A stretch of 63,896 bases of DNA, counting the filler, from Choristocarpus tenellus KU-1152 (lineage: Eukaryota; Protista; Phaeophyceae): the NCBI GenBank assembly GCA_964200185.2. It is 12 parts of 12 records of this genome, joined end to end, with 100 filler letters (N's around TTAATTAATTAA, not from the genome) between each part and the next. Parts side by side here need not be neighbours in the genome. Positions count along the whole stretch, not along the records: positions 5,821 to 13,502 come from CAXNAD020005763.1; positions 13,603 to 23,093 come from CAXNAD020003635.1; positions 23,194 to 26,645 come from CAXNAD020019939.1; 9 more parts are not named here. One strand, 5' to 3'. The translations under genes were made by a program, and so were the position numbers. Position 1 is the first letter of the stretch. Each line of letters starts with the position of its first letter. Of the stretch, positions 13,451 to 25,750 are shown one piece after another. A model generated the notes under the pieces. It did no database searches. It worked only from the letters and a program-made list of their open reading frames with translations, and had not been told where the DNA came from.

Positions 13451-14227
13451 CTGCATCGCCCTCCCCAACAAGGACAAAGCACCACAGTGAAGGCAGAGGG
13501 GGNNNNNNNNNNNNNNNNNNNNNNNNNNNNNNNNNNNNNNNNNNNNTTAATTAATTAANNNNNNNNNNNNNNNNNNNNNNNNNNNNNNNNNNNNNNNNNN
13601 NNGTGTCGGCGTCCGTTTCTCACCCTTTTTTTTTTTTTTTTGTTTTGATGTGATTTGGTCGCACGTGTCGGATTTGAAATGTCAGCAAAGAAAAGAAGAC
13701 TATTGGTTAGGTTCCTTTCTGTCCTTGCGTATGCAAGAGGAATGGGAATATATGCCACCATTTATATGGGTTTGGTTAGGAGTTTCGACGTTTGCATGTG
13801 TCAGATTTCGAGTCTGTTCAAACTGGATTATTGGTTTATGTATGTCGATCGTGCAGTTACGATGAAGAATAAGAGATATGAGTTAGGTTGTTCCAGGGCT
13901 GGTTATTGGTTTGTTTGGTTGCATGAGTGGGATTTGGTTAGCACATAAAGAGGGCTGTCGGTTAGGGTGTGGTTTCCCACTGTTAGGATGAGGAATTGAA
14001 AAAAAGACTATGGGCTGTTGCGAGGTTGGTTTTTTCGTCTATTTGCTTGCATCAGTCGTGTCTGGTATGTACACAAAGAGGACTGTCGGTTAGGGTCTGT
14101 TCTCCCGGTGTGTGCATGAGGAACCAAAACGTATATCATGTACTGTTTTAAATATAGTACTTCGTTTATTTGCGTGCATGTGTCAGATTTAGTATGTAAA
14201 CAGACGTGGTTGTCGCTGAAGGTGTTA

Positions 14228-14485
14228 GAGTCAAAGTATCTGAGAGGGTAGAGCTTTGTCCATTCGGGGATCAAAATCCAATGTTGTGATTTTGATTTAA
14301 TTTTGGCTATCGTGTTTTTTAAGAAGTGTCGATATCCTTATTCTGGACAGACCTTTTAATGTCATACACATTTTACCTACTCCGAAACATTTTGGGGAAG
14401 GAAAATGTTATAAAAAACCCCTGGAAAGCCAAGCCGCAAATGGACAAATATGGGAAAACTCGTACCCTCTAAGATACTTTCACCC
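14228..14485 (+). mobile_element. MITE family A copy
   Basis: GAGTCAAAGTATCTGAGAGGGTA...TACCCTCTAAGATACTTTCACCC; 4-bp direct repeat GTTA. Confidence 0.85.
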
Positions 14486-14774
14486 GTTAGGGTTGAAGTG
14501 GTTGGTATGAAGGAAGGGAAAAGGGTCAGGGTTTATTTTCAGGTTAGTATACCGTATCTTTCATGAAATGTGTGGACGGATTCTGGAGGTGCATACGAAT
14601 GGTTATTGGTCAAGGTCGATTGTCGTACGTTTCTCTGAAAGTATTTAAAGATACACTTCCAGAGGTCCTGGGTTGGTGATGTGCTCAGGAGCATCGTGCG
14701 TGGACTTTAGTGTATGATCCTACAAGATTCGAAGGAGGATGAGATCGGTTCTAGTTTGTTGAAACTTGGACAAA

Positions 14775-15033
14775 GAGTCAAAGTATCTTAGAGGGTAGAG
14801 CCGCGTCCATTTGGGGGCCAAAATCCAATGTTGCGATTGTGATGTGATTTTGCCTATCGTGTTTGTTGGGAAGTGTCAATATCCATGTTCCAGATACAAA
14901 TTTTCTGAACATACACATTTTACCTACTCTGAAACATTTTGGAGTAGGAAAATGCCATAAAAGAACCCATGAGAAACCAAGCCCCAAATGGACAAACGGG
15001 GCAAAACCCGTACCCTCTAAGATACTTTGACTC
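14775..15033 (+). mobile_element. MITE family A copy
   Basis: Perfect 23-bp TIRs GAGTCAAAGTATCTTAGAGGGTA / TACCCTCTAAGATACTTTGACTC; 3-bp direct repeat AAA. Confidence 0.9.
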
Positions 15034-15263
15034 AAAGCATGAGATGGTGCATAAAATATTGAGAAGCAGGGGGGAGGTGCGTTATAGTGTTCAAGGAATT
15101 ATTAGCGGCTTTGAAAAGGACAGGGTAACCATCGCAGGCCTTGGTGAATTGTTTGAAAGGGTTAACTGAGAAGATGGAGAAGAGTTGTTTAATTGATGTT
15201 TTATATTTTAGTAGTCTAAGCCTTGTATTGGACATGCTCTTTCAAACAAATAATAATACAGGT

Positions 15264-17260
15264 CTAATCCTCAATATCAGCATGATATATGATATGCTGA
15301 TGACTCTGACTGGTAGCAATGTATCTGATACCACTGTCTAAATGCTTAATTCGTCGAATGGAAAGTGCATGAACATGGTAGTCGGACACCAAGGCAAGGT
15401 ACACTGATGCACAGATAGGTGTACCTGTAACTCGATCCGTGCTTAACAAAAACCTGAATTGACTGAACCCCTATTCCAATTGGTGGGCGGACTCGAAATT
15501 GCATTCGTCACCCTTCTCCCACCACGCTGCAAGCTTAGGGTATGCCTTGACAAGAAGGTGTCATAGATTTAGGCGTGTAGAGTACCTGCTGTTCCAAGGT
15601 TCGGGCTTCACGAGTCTCGAGAAGATGGCCTTCCTCGCATGGAGTGCTTCCACATGCTCGGGACGCAACATGTTGCCTGGCTTCCCTCCACGATCGGCGA
15701 AATTAACCTGTGTGGGCTCGTGGACGTAGCATTCATCCCCGAAGACAAGAGAAACGAACCCTTTACCAGCCTTGATGAGCCTGAACCCATGTCGTATATG
15801 ACTTAGGTGAGGATTTGAGTCTGCACGCAATACTGCGAATAGCAGGTTTCATTGCCGATCATCTCTCGGTAACGCACACCTCCATGAAGGCTTCGGTGAT
15901 CCCCACATCGGATGCATCGCCAGAGTCGGCCGCGTCCTGTGCGACGCAATCGTCATCACCATGCGATGACCTTTCATCATCATCGTCGTACCTCGAGGTA
16001 GATGAAAACGGATTTACCGCGTATCTGCCCTTTTTGGCAGAAGCGAAGACGTCCGTGAAGAAGCCAGGTACTAAAGCGCTGCCATCAGGACCACGAAGCT
16101 GTTTGAAGGGTCTCATCCGTCCAGCACCTTCTCTCACACTCTTCTTCCCACTTATCGTCCTTTTCCCCTTTCCTTTACCCTTCTTGGAAGGCTTGTTCCT
16201 CGGTGTTGGGGTAGGATCGGCATGGACATGGTTCCCACTTTGCCTCACAGTATGATCGTAGGTGTTCCCTGGCACTTGGGACTCGTCGCCGCTGCTGCCC
16301 ACCGAATGGGCGCTTGGGGACATTCCGGGGTTACTTCTGACAGGCTTGTTTTCGAGTCCGCGCCTAGCCGCCTATTCATATCCTCCTCTACAAGTTCCTC
16401 TGGACCTGACAAAGCGTCACAATCGGGTCGGTCCCCATCGCCTTTTCAGAGTCTTCTCTCAACCTCTTCTTCCCAATTATCGTCCTTTTCCTCTTTCCGT
16501 TACCTTTCACGGAAGGCTTGCTCCTCAGTGTTGTGGGTGGATAGGCATTGGCGTGGTTCTCACTTCGCCCCACATTATCATCATAGGTGTTCCCTGGCAC
16601 CTTGGACTCGTCGCCGCCGCTGCCAACCGAATGGGCGTTTGGGTACATACATGGGTCACTCTTGACAGGCGTGAACTCTGAGTCCCTGCCTAGCCGCCCC
16701 CTCACGTCCTCCTGTGCAAGTTTCTCTGGACCTGACAAAGTGTAACAAACGGGTCGGTCCCCATCGCTTTCAGAGTCGTGTTCTGAGGGTGTGGTTGTAT
16801 GGCTTCCCCCTTGTAGAGTCCTGCTTCCTGTACCTACTGTAGGGCTAAGTGATGGGTTACCCTGTTCCTCTTCATCACCTGGTGGGTTGGGTCTTCCGCA
16901 AGGAATAGGCGTGGATACGCCACCAGCTATCGGTGTCTTCACCAGTGCAAAATTGTGGAAGGTGGAGAGTTCGTCCATGAGGAGTTGGATACGATCTGGA
17001 TCGAGGTTGTCCCCTAGGGCAGTGCATGTGATTACCATGCCTCCTGGTCGGGTCTGGAGAAGGGCGACTTCTCTCTCGTGGGTGGCACTCGTTTCCGACT
17101 TGAACTTGTCAAGGTCGTGCTGCTCGGATGTGTCGTTTTTTTCTGGCATGATCACAACGTTTGTGACTCGTGTTATCTCTGTGATAGTGGAGGAGTAGGA
17201 AAAGGACGTGGCGAAGTAGGAGGCAAAACATCGGAAAGAGGGGTTAGCATTAGGAGACAA
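15264..17260 (-). pseudogene. Long intronless degenerate reading frame of unknown function with an internal ~325-bp tandem duplication
   Basis: Successive minus-strand ORFs 16388-17260 (290 aa), 15859-16323 (154 aa), 15561-15830 and 15264-15449, separated by stops or frameshifts. The peptide HSVGSxGDESxVPGNTYD...PTxTxRxKPSxKGxGKxKRTI occurs twice. Confidence 0.5.
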
Positions 17261-17939
17261 GGGATGAGGTAGAGGTTGGTGAGGAGTAAGCGAGGCAGGA
17301 TACAGAGGAGGAGGCAGAGGCTGAGGAAACGATAGATGGATTAGAGTACTTGCGGTTCGTTAAACTTGGGCGGATTATTCGAGCCCATAAATGAGGAAGA
17401 CAAGTAGGGCTTGTAACATAGGGTGAAGAGGACGCGTATAGGACTAGTATACATGAACCGCGACATAAATCCCCTTCTTTTGCCGGGTTCTGTCGATCGG
17501 TACAACACAGCAATAGTATGAATAAATCTGTTCAACGAGCAACTTCGAAACATATAAAACCGGAGAACCCTGTGACAATGTTCGTTGTGAAACTATCTAA
17601 CGTCGGTAAGTTCTGTGAGGGTCTAGGTTGTGTGTTTGGTGTAGGGAACGATGTTTGATGTTAACATATGGCGATGTTGTACAATGATGTAATTGCTTGC
17701 CTGTGTTCGTCACTGGTGTTCAGGGAAATGCCCTCAGAGTATTTAACGATGTCCAGGTATTTTGTACCCTCCTCCACATCCTCCCTCAACACGAGGTCCC
17801 TTTTCACCTGCGGATTTCATGTGGTTATATTAATGTGCGCGATCAGGGCGTTCATTGTGAGGTGGCTTGATACGAACTCAAATACGGTGGACAGATGAGA
17901 TGATGAAGCTCACACTACGTTGAGTACCTCCTCGCTGAG

Positions 17940-18302
17940 GATGTGTTCTATCGAACGGTAAAGGCCATCAATTTCCAAAGCGCGGCAAGACAGTTGGGTG
18001 GGTGTGTGTCGATTTGAAACAGTAATCCTGAGAGAGGAAAACATTACGTCGAAGTGCGAAAGTGAAAGATGAAGATAAAAGGAATATACACGCCGACCCG
18101 GGTTAGATGTCGGGAGGGCAACCATGCACAGGCTTGAGCTTGACATATGGCAGACAGTAATGAAAATATTTGATGTGTTCTGTCGAATGGTAAAGGCCAT
18201 CAATTTCCAAAGCACGGCAAGGCGGTTGGGGGGTGTGTATGTCGATTTGAAACAAGAATCCTGAGCAGAAAAACATTACATCGAACAGCAGAAGTGAAAG
18301 CA
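17940..18302. repeat. Direct duplication of a ~130-bp segment at 232-bp spacing
   Basis: gatgtgttct.tcgaa.ggtaaaggccatcaatttccaaagc.cggcaag...aagtgaaag at 17940-18070 and 18172-18302. Confidence 0.75.
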
Positions 18303-18850
18303 TGAATGCACCAGTTTCATCTTACATGTCGATTTTGGAACTTGCTTCTAAGTACAAATTTGGTATGCTTTGTCGGTCGGTAGAAGCGATCAAATTCTAA
18401 GTTTAGGGATAGCGGGGTTTTTCGAATAAGAAACGCGCGCGTGATGATATACCATCATGAGAGTTGTATCGAGGTTGCAATGTGATGCGATACGAACCTT
18501 ATCGGAAAGGTTCCAATGGTATCGGAGCCCTTACACGGGCGTATCGAAGGTTTTACCACGTCACACTCGACAGACGGATGTTGTGGTGTGTGTAATTGCA
18601 TCGTGGAACCTTGCTTCTATTTCGGATCAGTTGTCGGATTACTCCCAACATATGCAACTGTAACCCATGTTCCAATTTCGGAAAAAAAATCGGTCGAATT
18701 CGCTGTAATCAATTCAGATGATAGCTACTGAATTGCAACTACATCGACATGTTCGATGCAAGGTGAAATATGTCTCTTGGCGGATTGGGATTAGTATTCG
18801 AAATGTAGGCAATTTATTTTGGTTAGGGCTAGGGTTGGTATTATGGGTGC

Positions 18851-19114
18851 GGGTCGAAGTATCTGAGGTGTAGAGCCGCGTCCATTTGGCGGCCGAATGC
18901 AAATGTTGCATTTTTGCCGTAATTCTTGCCATGATTTTTCTTTGGAGATGTCGATGTCCTTTTCCGGACATTCCTTTACATAATGTACACATTGTACTTC
19001 TCCAAAACATTTTTGAGTAAGTACAATGTCGTTGAAAACCCGTGGGCAGCTAAGCCCCAAAGAATAACCAGCGAAAAACTCGTATCCTCTAAGATACTCA
19101 GGCAACTTTGACTC
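18851..19114 (+). mobile_element. MITE family A copy (diverged)
   Basis: GGGTCGAAGTATCTGAGGTGTAGAGCCGCGTCCATTTGG...TATCCTCTAAGATACT[insertion]TTTGACTC. Confidence 0.7.
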
Positions 19115-19199
19115 CAGGGCTTACATTGTCAGTGACTAGGATGGCAGAATATGGTTTTTTGAACGGTTTCGATAAAATCCAATATAGATGCGACGGTCG

Positions 19200-20277
19200 T
19201 GATTTTGATGATACCACTATTGACAGCTGGTGTGTGCACTGTGGAAAACGTAATGAATACAGGGCATCGAATTTGAAAATGTTGGTGACACCACCATCTG
19301 CAGCTGGTGAGCACACGGTTATAAAGGTAACAAATACAGGGCATCGAATCTGAAAATGTTGGTATTACCACTGCTGCCAGCTGGTGTGTACACGGTTGTA
19401 AAGGTAATAAATAGAGGGCATCGAATTTGAAAATGTTGGTGTTACCACCATTGACAGCTGGTGTGTACATGGTTGTAAAGGTAAAAAATACAGGGCATCG
19501 AATTTGAAAATGATGGTGACACCACCATTGACAAGTTGGTGTGTACACGATTGTAAAGGTAGTAAATACAGGGCATTGAATGTGAAAACATTGGTGTTAC
19601 CACTGCTGACAGGTGGTGCGTACACGGTTGTAAAGGAAACAAATACAGGATATCGAATTTGAAAAGGTTGGTGTTACCACTGCTGAGAGCTGGTGTGTAC
19701 ACTAACCCAAATGTAATAAATAAAGGTAATCGAATGTGAAAAAGTTGGTGACACCACCATTGACAGCCGGTGTGTACACGGTTGTCAAAGTCATAAATAC
19801 AGGTCATCGAATTTGAAAACGTTGGTGACACCACCATTGACAGCTAGCTGGTGTGTAAACGGTTGTTGTAAAGGTTACAAATTCAGGGCATCGAATTTGA
19901 AAATGTCGGTATTACCACTGCTCACAGCTGGTGTGTACACGGTTGTAAAGGTAATGAATACAGGATATCGAATATGAAAATGTTGGTGTTACCACTGCTG
20001 CCAGCTGGTGTGTACACGGTTGTAAAGGTAATGAATACGGGGCATCGAATTTGAAAATGTTGGTGTTACCACCATTGACAGCTGGTGTGTACACGGTTGT
20101 AAAGGTAATGAATACAGGGCATCGAATTTGAAAATGTTAGTGTTATCACCATTGATAGCTGGTGTGTACAAGGTTGTAAAGGTAATAAATAGAGGGCATC
20201 GAATTTGAAAATGTTGGTGTTATCACCATTGACAGCTGGTGTGTACACGGTTGTAAAGGTAACAAATACGGGGCATT
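19200..20277. repeat. 77-bp minisatellite, ~14 copies
   Basis: Consensus ggtgttaccaccattgacagctggtgtgtacacggttgtaaaggtaatgaatacagggcatcgaatttgaaaatgtt; period 77 (gggcatcg at 19262, 19339 and onward). Confidence 0.92.
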
Positions 20278-21879
20278 GCATCTAGACCTAACCCAGATTT
20301 GGGCTACACATTAAGAAAGCAATAATGAGATCATTCCTAGTGGGAGGGGCATGTTTGTGCTTTCGCAAAAGCCGAATACAAGACATGTTGGAACTTAGTA
20401 TCAACAGGAATGCCTACATAGGAATTGACGGGATACGTTACACATCGCAAACGGCCGGTAGACGAGAAGGCTCGACCCCGGATGGGCGAGTTCGGTACGG
20501 CACACTATGCAACAATGTTTGGATTAGGGCCCGTGACTAGGGGGTCATACAATCGCTTGGGTACACCATCATGTCAGCCACATGATAATACATGCTACGT
20601 GAACGGACGAAAGCCGCAATATCCGCCAAAGGCGCTAAATCATGATGGTGTGTTTGCCATATTGGTCATTTAGAAACGCTCCAGTGTAGGCTGCACAAAG
20701 GGTGAACGTTTCGTGTGTGGGGACTCACCTTCTGGTTCCCTTTGGAGGTCTGGCGGCGTTTGGTGGTTGGACTAAGCCTCTCAGTTGATTCGCGGGATGT
20801 CTATATCGGGTGGGCACGTTGGAAATGGGACAGGAGAAACAAACAGAAGGAGAGAGAGAAAATGTTTTGCGCATCGAGTCAGGCCCAAAGAGGATGGCAT
20901 GTCGCGGTCGGTTGACATCATCCTTGAGCCGTACGCACCTGATCACCTTTCACGAAGAGGAAGTCCTGTCATCTTTTTACCTTCCGACACGCCTGGTGTT
21001 TAGCATTACGTACAGACAGGGATAGCCACAGACAAGCCCGATTCTCATTGAAGGGATATGCACCTATTCTCTTTACCAAGAAAGTATAGACGTTTCAACC
21101 TTCTTTTTTTTTTTCGGTTGTATAACAATTTCACAATAATTAACAAAAGAACAACCGCCCTTACCGAATGTACCCTTATTAAATAGTAGCATACATATTG
21201 TGGTTATGAACAGGCTAGTTGTGGTGTTCCTTTTCCTCGGGAATCAAAAAGGAGATTTAATAAGGGGAATTTTGCTCTCTTCACAGATGTATTGAAATTT
21301 CTATGTATGTCTACGACGGTGTTGAACTAGAACAAATACAGACATTAATATGTGTATATATATATAACTCCCAATCTGCTATTTCTTCATTAGTGCGAGA
21401 GGGTCAAAACTTTGAATTTGCACCTTTTTCTTCATATATTTTCACTTTTGTTGAATTATATTATAGTGCATACAAAAAAACTCTATCGCCAAACCACATA
21501 TGCGACAAACCCCACGCTCGCTCACTTTCTCCACAACAAACCAACGGGCCTGGACAATATAGAGGAATCGTTGTCGCAGTTCTTCGAGAGGACTACACCC
21601 ATTGCACCGCATATGTACGATGACGACCCGTCAGCCACTAGGGGATCTGGCTAACAACAGGAATGAACTCGTGGACTCCGGAGGGGTAGACCCGAGGACA
21701 TCCCAAAGGCAAGGCCAGGCCTCCGTCGCAGCTAGACACACTCCAATGTAGCCTCTGTGTGTTCTGTAATTACCTTAAAGAGGGATTAGCGCTTGAAGAC
21801 TAGGCATAGCGAAGCATATCGTCACCATATCCTTCTGAAATCACATATTTGTATCGAAATCATAGAGACGTGGTGTTCA

Positions 21880-22120
21880 GAGTGAAAGTATCTTAGAGGA
21901 TACGAATTTTGCCCTGTTTGTCCATTTGGGGCTTGGCTTCCCACGGGTTTTTGACGACTTTTTACCTGTTCCAAAGTGCTTCAGGGTAGGTAAAGGAAGT
22001 GTCCAGAACTAGGATATTGACATCTCCTAATGAACATGATACTCAAAATTACATCAAATTGTAACATTGGATTTTGGCCCTCAAATGGACGCGGCTGTAC
22101 CCTCTAAGATACTTTGACTC
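21880..22120 (-). mobile_element. MITE family A copy (reverse orientation)
   Basis: GAGTGAAAGTATCTTAGAGG...TACCCTCTAAGATACTTTGACTC; 3-bp direct repeat TCA. Confidence 0.85.
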
Positions 22121-22394
22121 TCACCGGTTCCACCGTAGCTCTGAACTGGTGACGCACATGTCCTCCCATCAAGCAAGAGCAGAACGAAACCTAACGACGA
22201 AGTTTGTGTCCTCCGATATCCGTGTTCCGATATGTATAGGAAGTAAACGATGTTCCTTCCAGTTTCTGTTTCCGATCCCAACCCTAGCACCTGTCCCAAC
22301 CCTAACCCTATGCTCCAACCCTCACGCCATCCCTCACCCAACTTACGCACAATGAAATTGTGCCAAGTCATGTTTCACTCATCCTTCATCCGCT

Positions 22395-22850
22395 CGCCTC
22401 ATGTCATTTTTGCCATACTTTACCGTACGACAAAGTATGGCAAAAGTTGCGACGGTCCATCTACCAACTCATTTCAAGTCTCACACGCCTCATGTCTTTT
22501 TTGCCATGCTTTACCGTACGATAAAGTATGGCAAAAGTTGCGACTGTCCACATACCAACTTATTTGAAGCCAAACGCATCATGCCATTTTTGCCATACTT
22601 TGTCCTACGACAAAGTGTGGCGAAAGTGGCGGCTGTCCATATGCCAACGTATTTGAAGCCACACGCATCATGCCATTTTTGCCCTACTTTGTCCTACGAC
22701 AGAGTGTGTGGTGAAAGTTAAGGCGGTCCATGTATACCAACTTTTTCAAGTCACACGCCTCATGTCATTTTTGCCATACTTTACTGTACGACAAAATTTG
22801 GCAAACATTGCGGCTGTCCACATACCAACTTCTTTGAAGTCACACGCCTC
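22395..22850. repeat. ~90-bp tandem repeat, ~5 copies, each with a hairpin of up to 14 bp
   Basis: Units start at about 22400, 22491, 22580, 22668 and 22760. The first has a perfect TTTTGCCATACTTT-N10-AAAGTATGGCAAAA; later copies are imperfect. Confidence 0.85.
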
Positions 22851-23064
22851 CAATTCATCGTCCTCAACTTTCCACAAAACTCAAGCACAATCTCATATCC
22901 CCTGTAGAGAAAGAGGCACATACAATGGTATGTGCTTCTGGGGATATGTATTGACCGACACAACATGAAACGTTCAGTATCCCTTCCACCACAAAACCCA
23001 TCCTACACAATAGTTTACCGTTAGACAGAACACATCAATTTTAGCACATACATACGCCAATATT

Positions 23065-23093
23065 GGGTCAAAGTATCCGGGGGGGGGGTGTCG
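23065..23093 (+). mobile_element. MITE family B end, truncated by a contig break
   Basis: GGGTCAAAGTATCCGGGGGGGGGGTG running into the gap. Confidence 0.6.
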
Positions 23094-24390
23094 NNNNNNN
23101 NNNNNNNNNNNNNNNNNNNNNNNNNNNNNNNNNNNNNTTAATTAATTAANNNNNNNNNNNNNNNNNNNNNNNNNNNNNNNNNNNNNNNNNNNNTTATTCC
23201 GCTCACCTGGATGCGGTTTTCCCCTCTTGTGGGGGGGGGGGGGTAACAACTCTCCTTTCACGTCAAAAACGTGCACACACGTGGAGTATATATTGCTCTC
23301 CCCTACCATTAAAAAAGAAAAAGAGGTTTACGAAAACGGTTCCCTCACACAAAAACACATCGAATCAAATCTCTCCACAACAAGCTGGCCCTCATGACCA
23401 CAAGTCGTGTACCAATCAAATCACACAGTGCCGTCGCAATAAATTTCTCCCACACCGCCCTTACAAATACCAACGAACAAGGGCGTAACCGTGAATAATT
23501 CGAATCCACAAAGTTAACGGAAGAGTTAACTTCTGACTGAATCTTGGGGTTGTGAGGGCACGCCGAGCCCTAAGAAGGCGCTTTTTTTACTGGGGACCGG
23601 TGATGACCCGGAGGAGAGGACAAAAGGGCACTCCGGGGGGTTGTGCATCTCAAGGGACGCTGTAAAAAAATAATAATAATAATAAAAAAAGGTGCAAACT
23701 TCACACCTTGCTTGTACGAAATCTCCACAAGGGAAATTTCCTGAATAATCTGTCCGAAGTTTTCGAACAACGGAGAGGAAATCAATCAATCAACACGTTT
23801 CGAGTCGGTCCTACTTCATCACTTTCATCATCACTTTCATCATCACTTTCATCCACAGAAAAATAGTAAAAAGGGCAAAAATTGGAAAGAGATGGAAAAC
23901 GGATGGCTTAAGAAATGCAGAACAGCCAAAGCCTTTGTGCGGCATGATATAGATAAGGAATGCAGCCATCGATTTGCCGAAAAAATCGAATTTGAAATAA
24001 TGCCACAAATCGAATTCAATTTTTTTTTTTAAATTTATTGTTCCGACAGGTGCGCGCGACTGATTGGTTTGGTGTTTGGAAGCAGCGCTGTTTTCACCAC
24101 AACAGATCGACTGGCGAGGGGGGCCTCTCCCTAACAAAAAAAAAATGTATTAAGAAGAAGAAGAAGAAGAAGAAGAAGGAAAAAGAATTAAATTAAGTGC
24201 TGCGAATCGCGACGGTTTTTATCATCGACTTCGGTTTGAATAACCAATCGGAACAACAGAATAACTGGACTGATTAAAAACTTCAGTTACTCTTTTACCA
24301 TTTAAAACACACAAACACACACACACACACACACTACAAGCAGAAGTGTGTGACCGATGAACACGTCGTCTGAGGCCACAAAAAGAACTG

Positions 24391-24586
24391 CATCACTATT
24401 AATGACATCACTATTCATGGCATCACTATTAATGACATCACTATTCATGGCATCACTATTCATGGCATCACTATTCATGACATCACTATTCACGACATCA
24501 CTATTCATGACATCACTATTAATGGCATCACTATTAATGGCATCACTATTAATGGCATCACTATTCATGACATCACTATTCATGAC
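24391..24586. repeat. 15-bp minisatellite, ~13 copies
   Basis: catcactatt(a/c)atg(a/g) repeated in tandem. Confidence 0.92.
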
Positions 24587-25521
24587 ATTTCACCGCCCAT
24601 CACTTCGGACCTGGCTGGTGAGACCTGTGGAAGCGTTAAACTTCTTGCCTCGAGCACCGACCACCCCACCACATCAATCGAAAAAATCATATACTGAGCC
24701 AATCTAATTCTAGCAACAACAACAACAACAAAGGTTCACAATGCTAGAAATAATAATAAAAACAAAAAAAAAGATGAACGAATGCACATTATGCAATCAA
24801 GCGCTGCGCAAACGATTGGAGCGTTGATTGAGAGGGCACAGAGTTAAGGGCGCTGGATACTGGGATGGTGAAAACGGTTGCGCGAGCTGGAGTTCAAAAG
24901 TTTACACGGGAAATAATGACGAGTGTATACTAACAGTATTAATACACGAACACTGGTGAACAGATGGTACCATTGGGGGGGGGGGGCCTTGATGAGTAAC
25001 ATTGTGAAGAATCAGCAATGAGATAGTAATAAACGCCAAGTCAATTAAAAAGCAAAGTGCACAAAAATCGGACAGCGAAGAGACAATCACTGTCGTTTTG
25101 CGCATTCTGAACGCACAAGTAGAGGCAAAAAAAAACAAAAAAAAAACACACACACACACACACAGGTGTAGATACAGTTCCTCGATCTTAGGTTCCAAGT
25201 TATTGACAGTGACTTCGGTGAATCAGATATCAACAGGAGGTCAATGCGCATACGTTTCGACTGGAATACTTCTCAGCATTTCAAAAACAAGTGCATGCGG
25301 CAAGTGTAGTGTTGTGTCCCACATGTTTGTACTGGGTACTGCTGGACAACCCGCGCGCTTCGTTTTGCCCTGAAGAGCCTAAGGTTCAAGTCTCGGCAGG
25401 CGCACACATTTTTTCACCGGAAAATCTCATTTCGAGGGGATGGTGACTTGTACTTAGTAACTCTTGGTATCGGTAATCAAACGTGCATATCTGAAGGGTT
25501 GTAACACTAACAAGGAAAATA

Positions 25522-25552
<31 letters not shown>

Positions 25553-25716
25553 AGAATCTCAATAAAAACTGTAAGAAAAAAAGACGGGGAGGGGGGGGGG
25601 GGGGGGGGGGGGACAAAAAAAAAAAAGAAAAACGACAACGAGACAAAATGTTCGGTGTGTATTTAAAAAAAAAAACAAATAACCCCNNNNNNNNNNAGGG
25701 CGAGAGCGAGGGGGAA

Positions 25717-25750
<34 letters not shown>

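Noticed and set aside
15130-15300. HxD...H pattern (YHADIED...IHQG) suggesting a 2OG-Fe(II) dioxygenase or TET/JBP domain
   Set aside because: Five in-frame stops lie between the motifs and an alternative frame is open; the evidence is too weak.
19200-20277. CRISPR array
   Set aside because: The whole 77-bp unit repeats, there are no unique spacers, no cas genes, and the context is eukaryotic.
19129-20281. Series of similar short minus-strand ORFs
   Set aside because: They are products of the 77-bp repeat cycling through frames.
22395-22850. CRISPR-like palindromic repeat-spacer array
   Set aside because: The sequences between hairpins are homologous to each other, so they are not acquired spacers.
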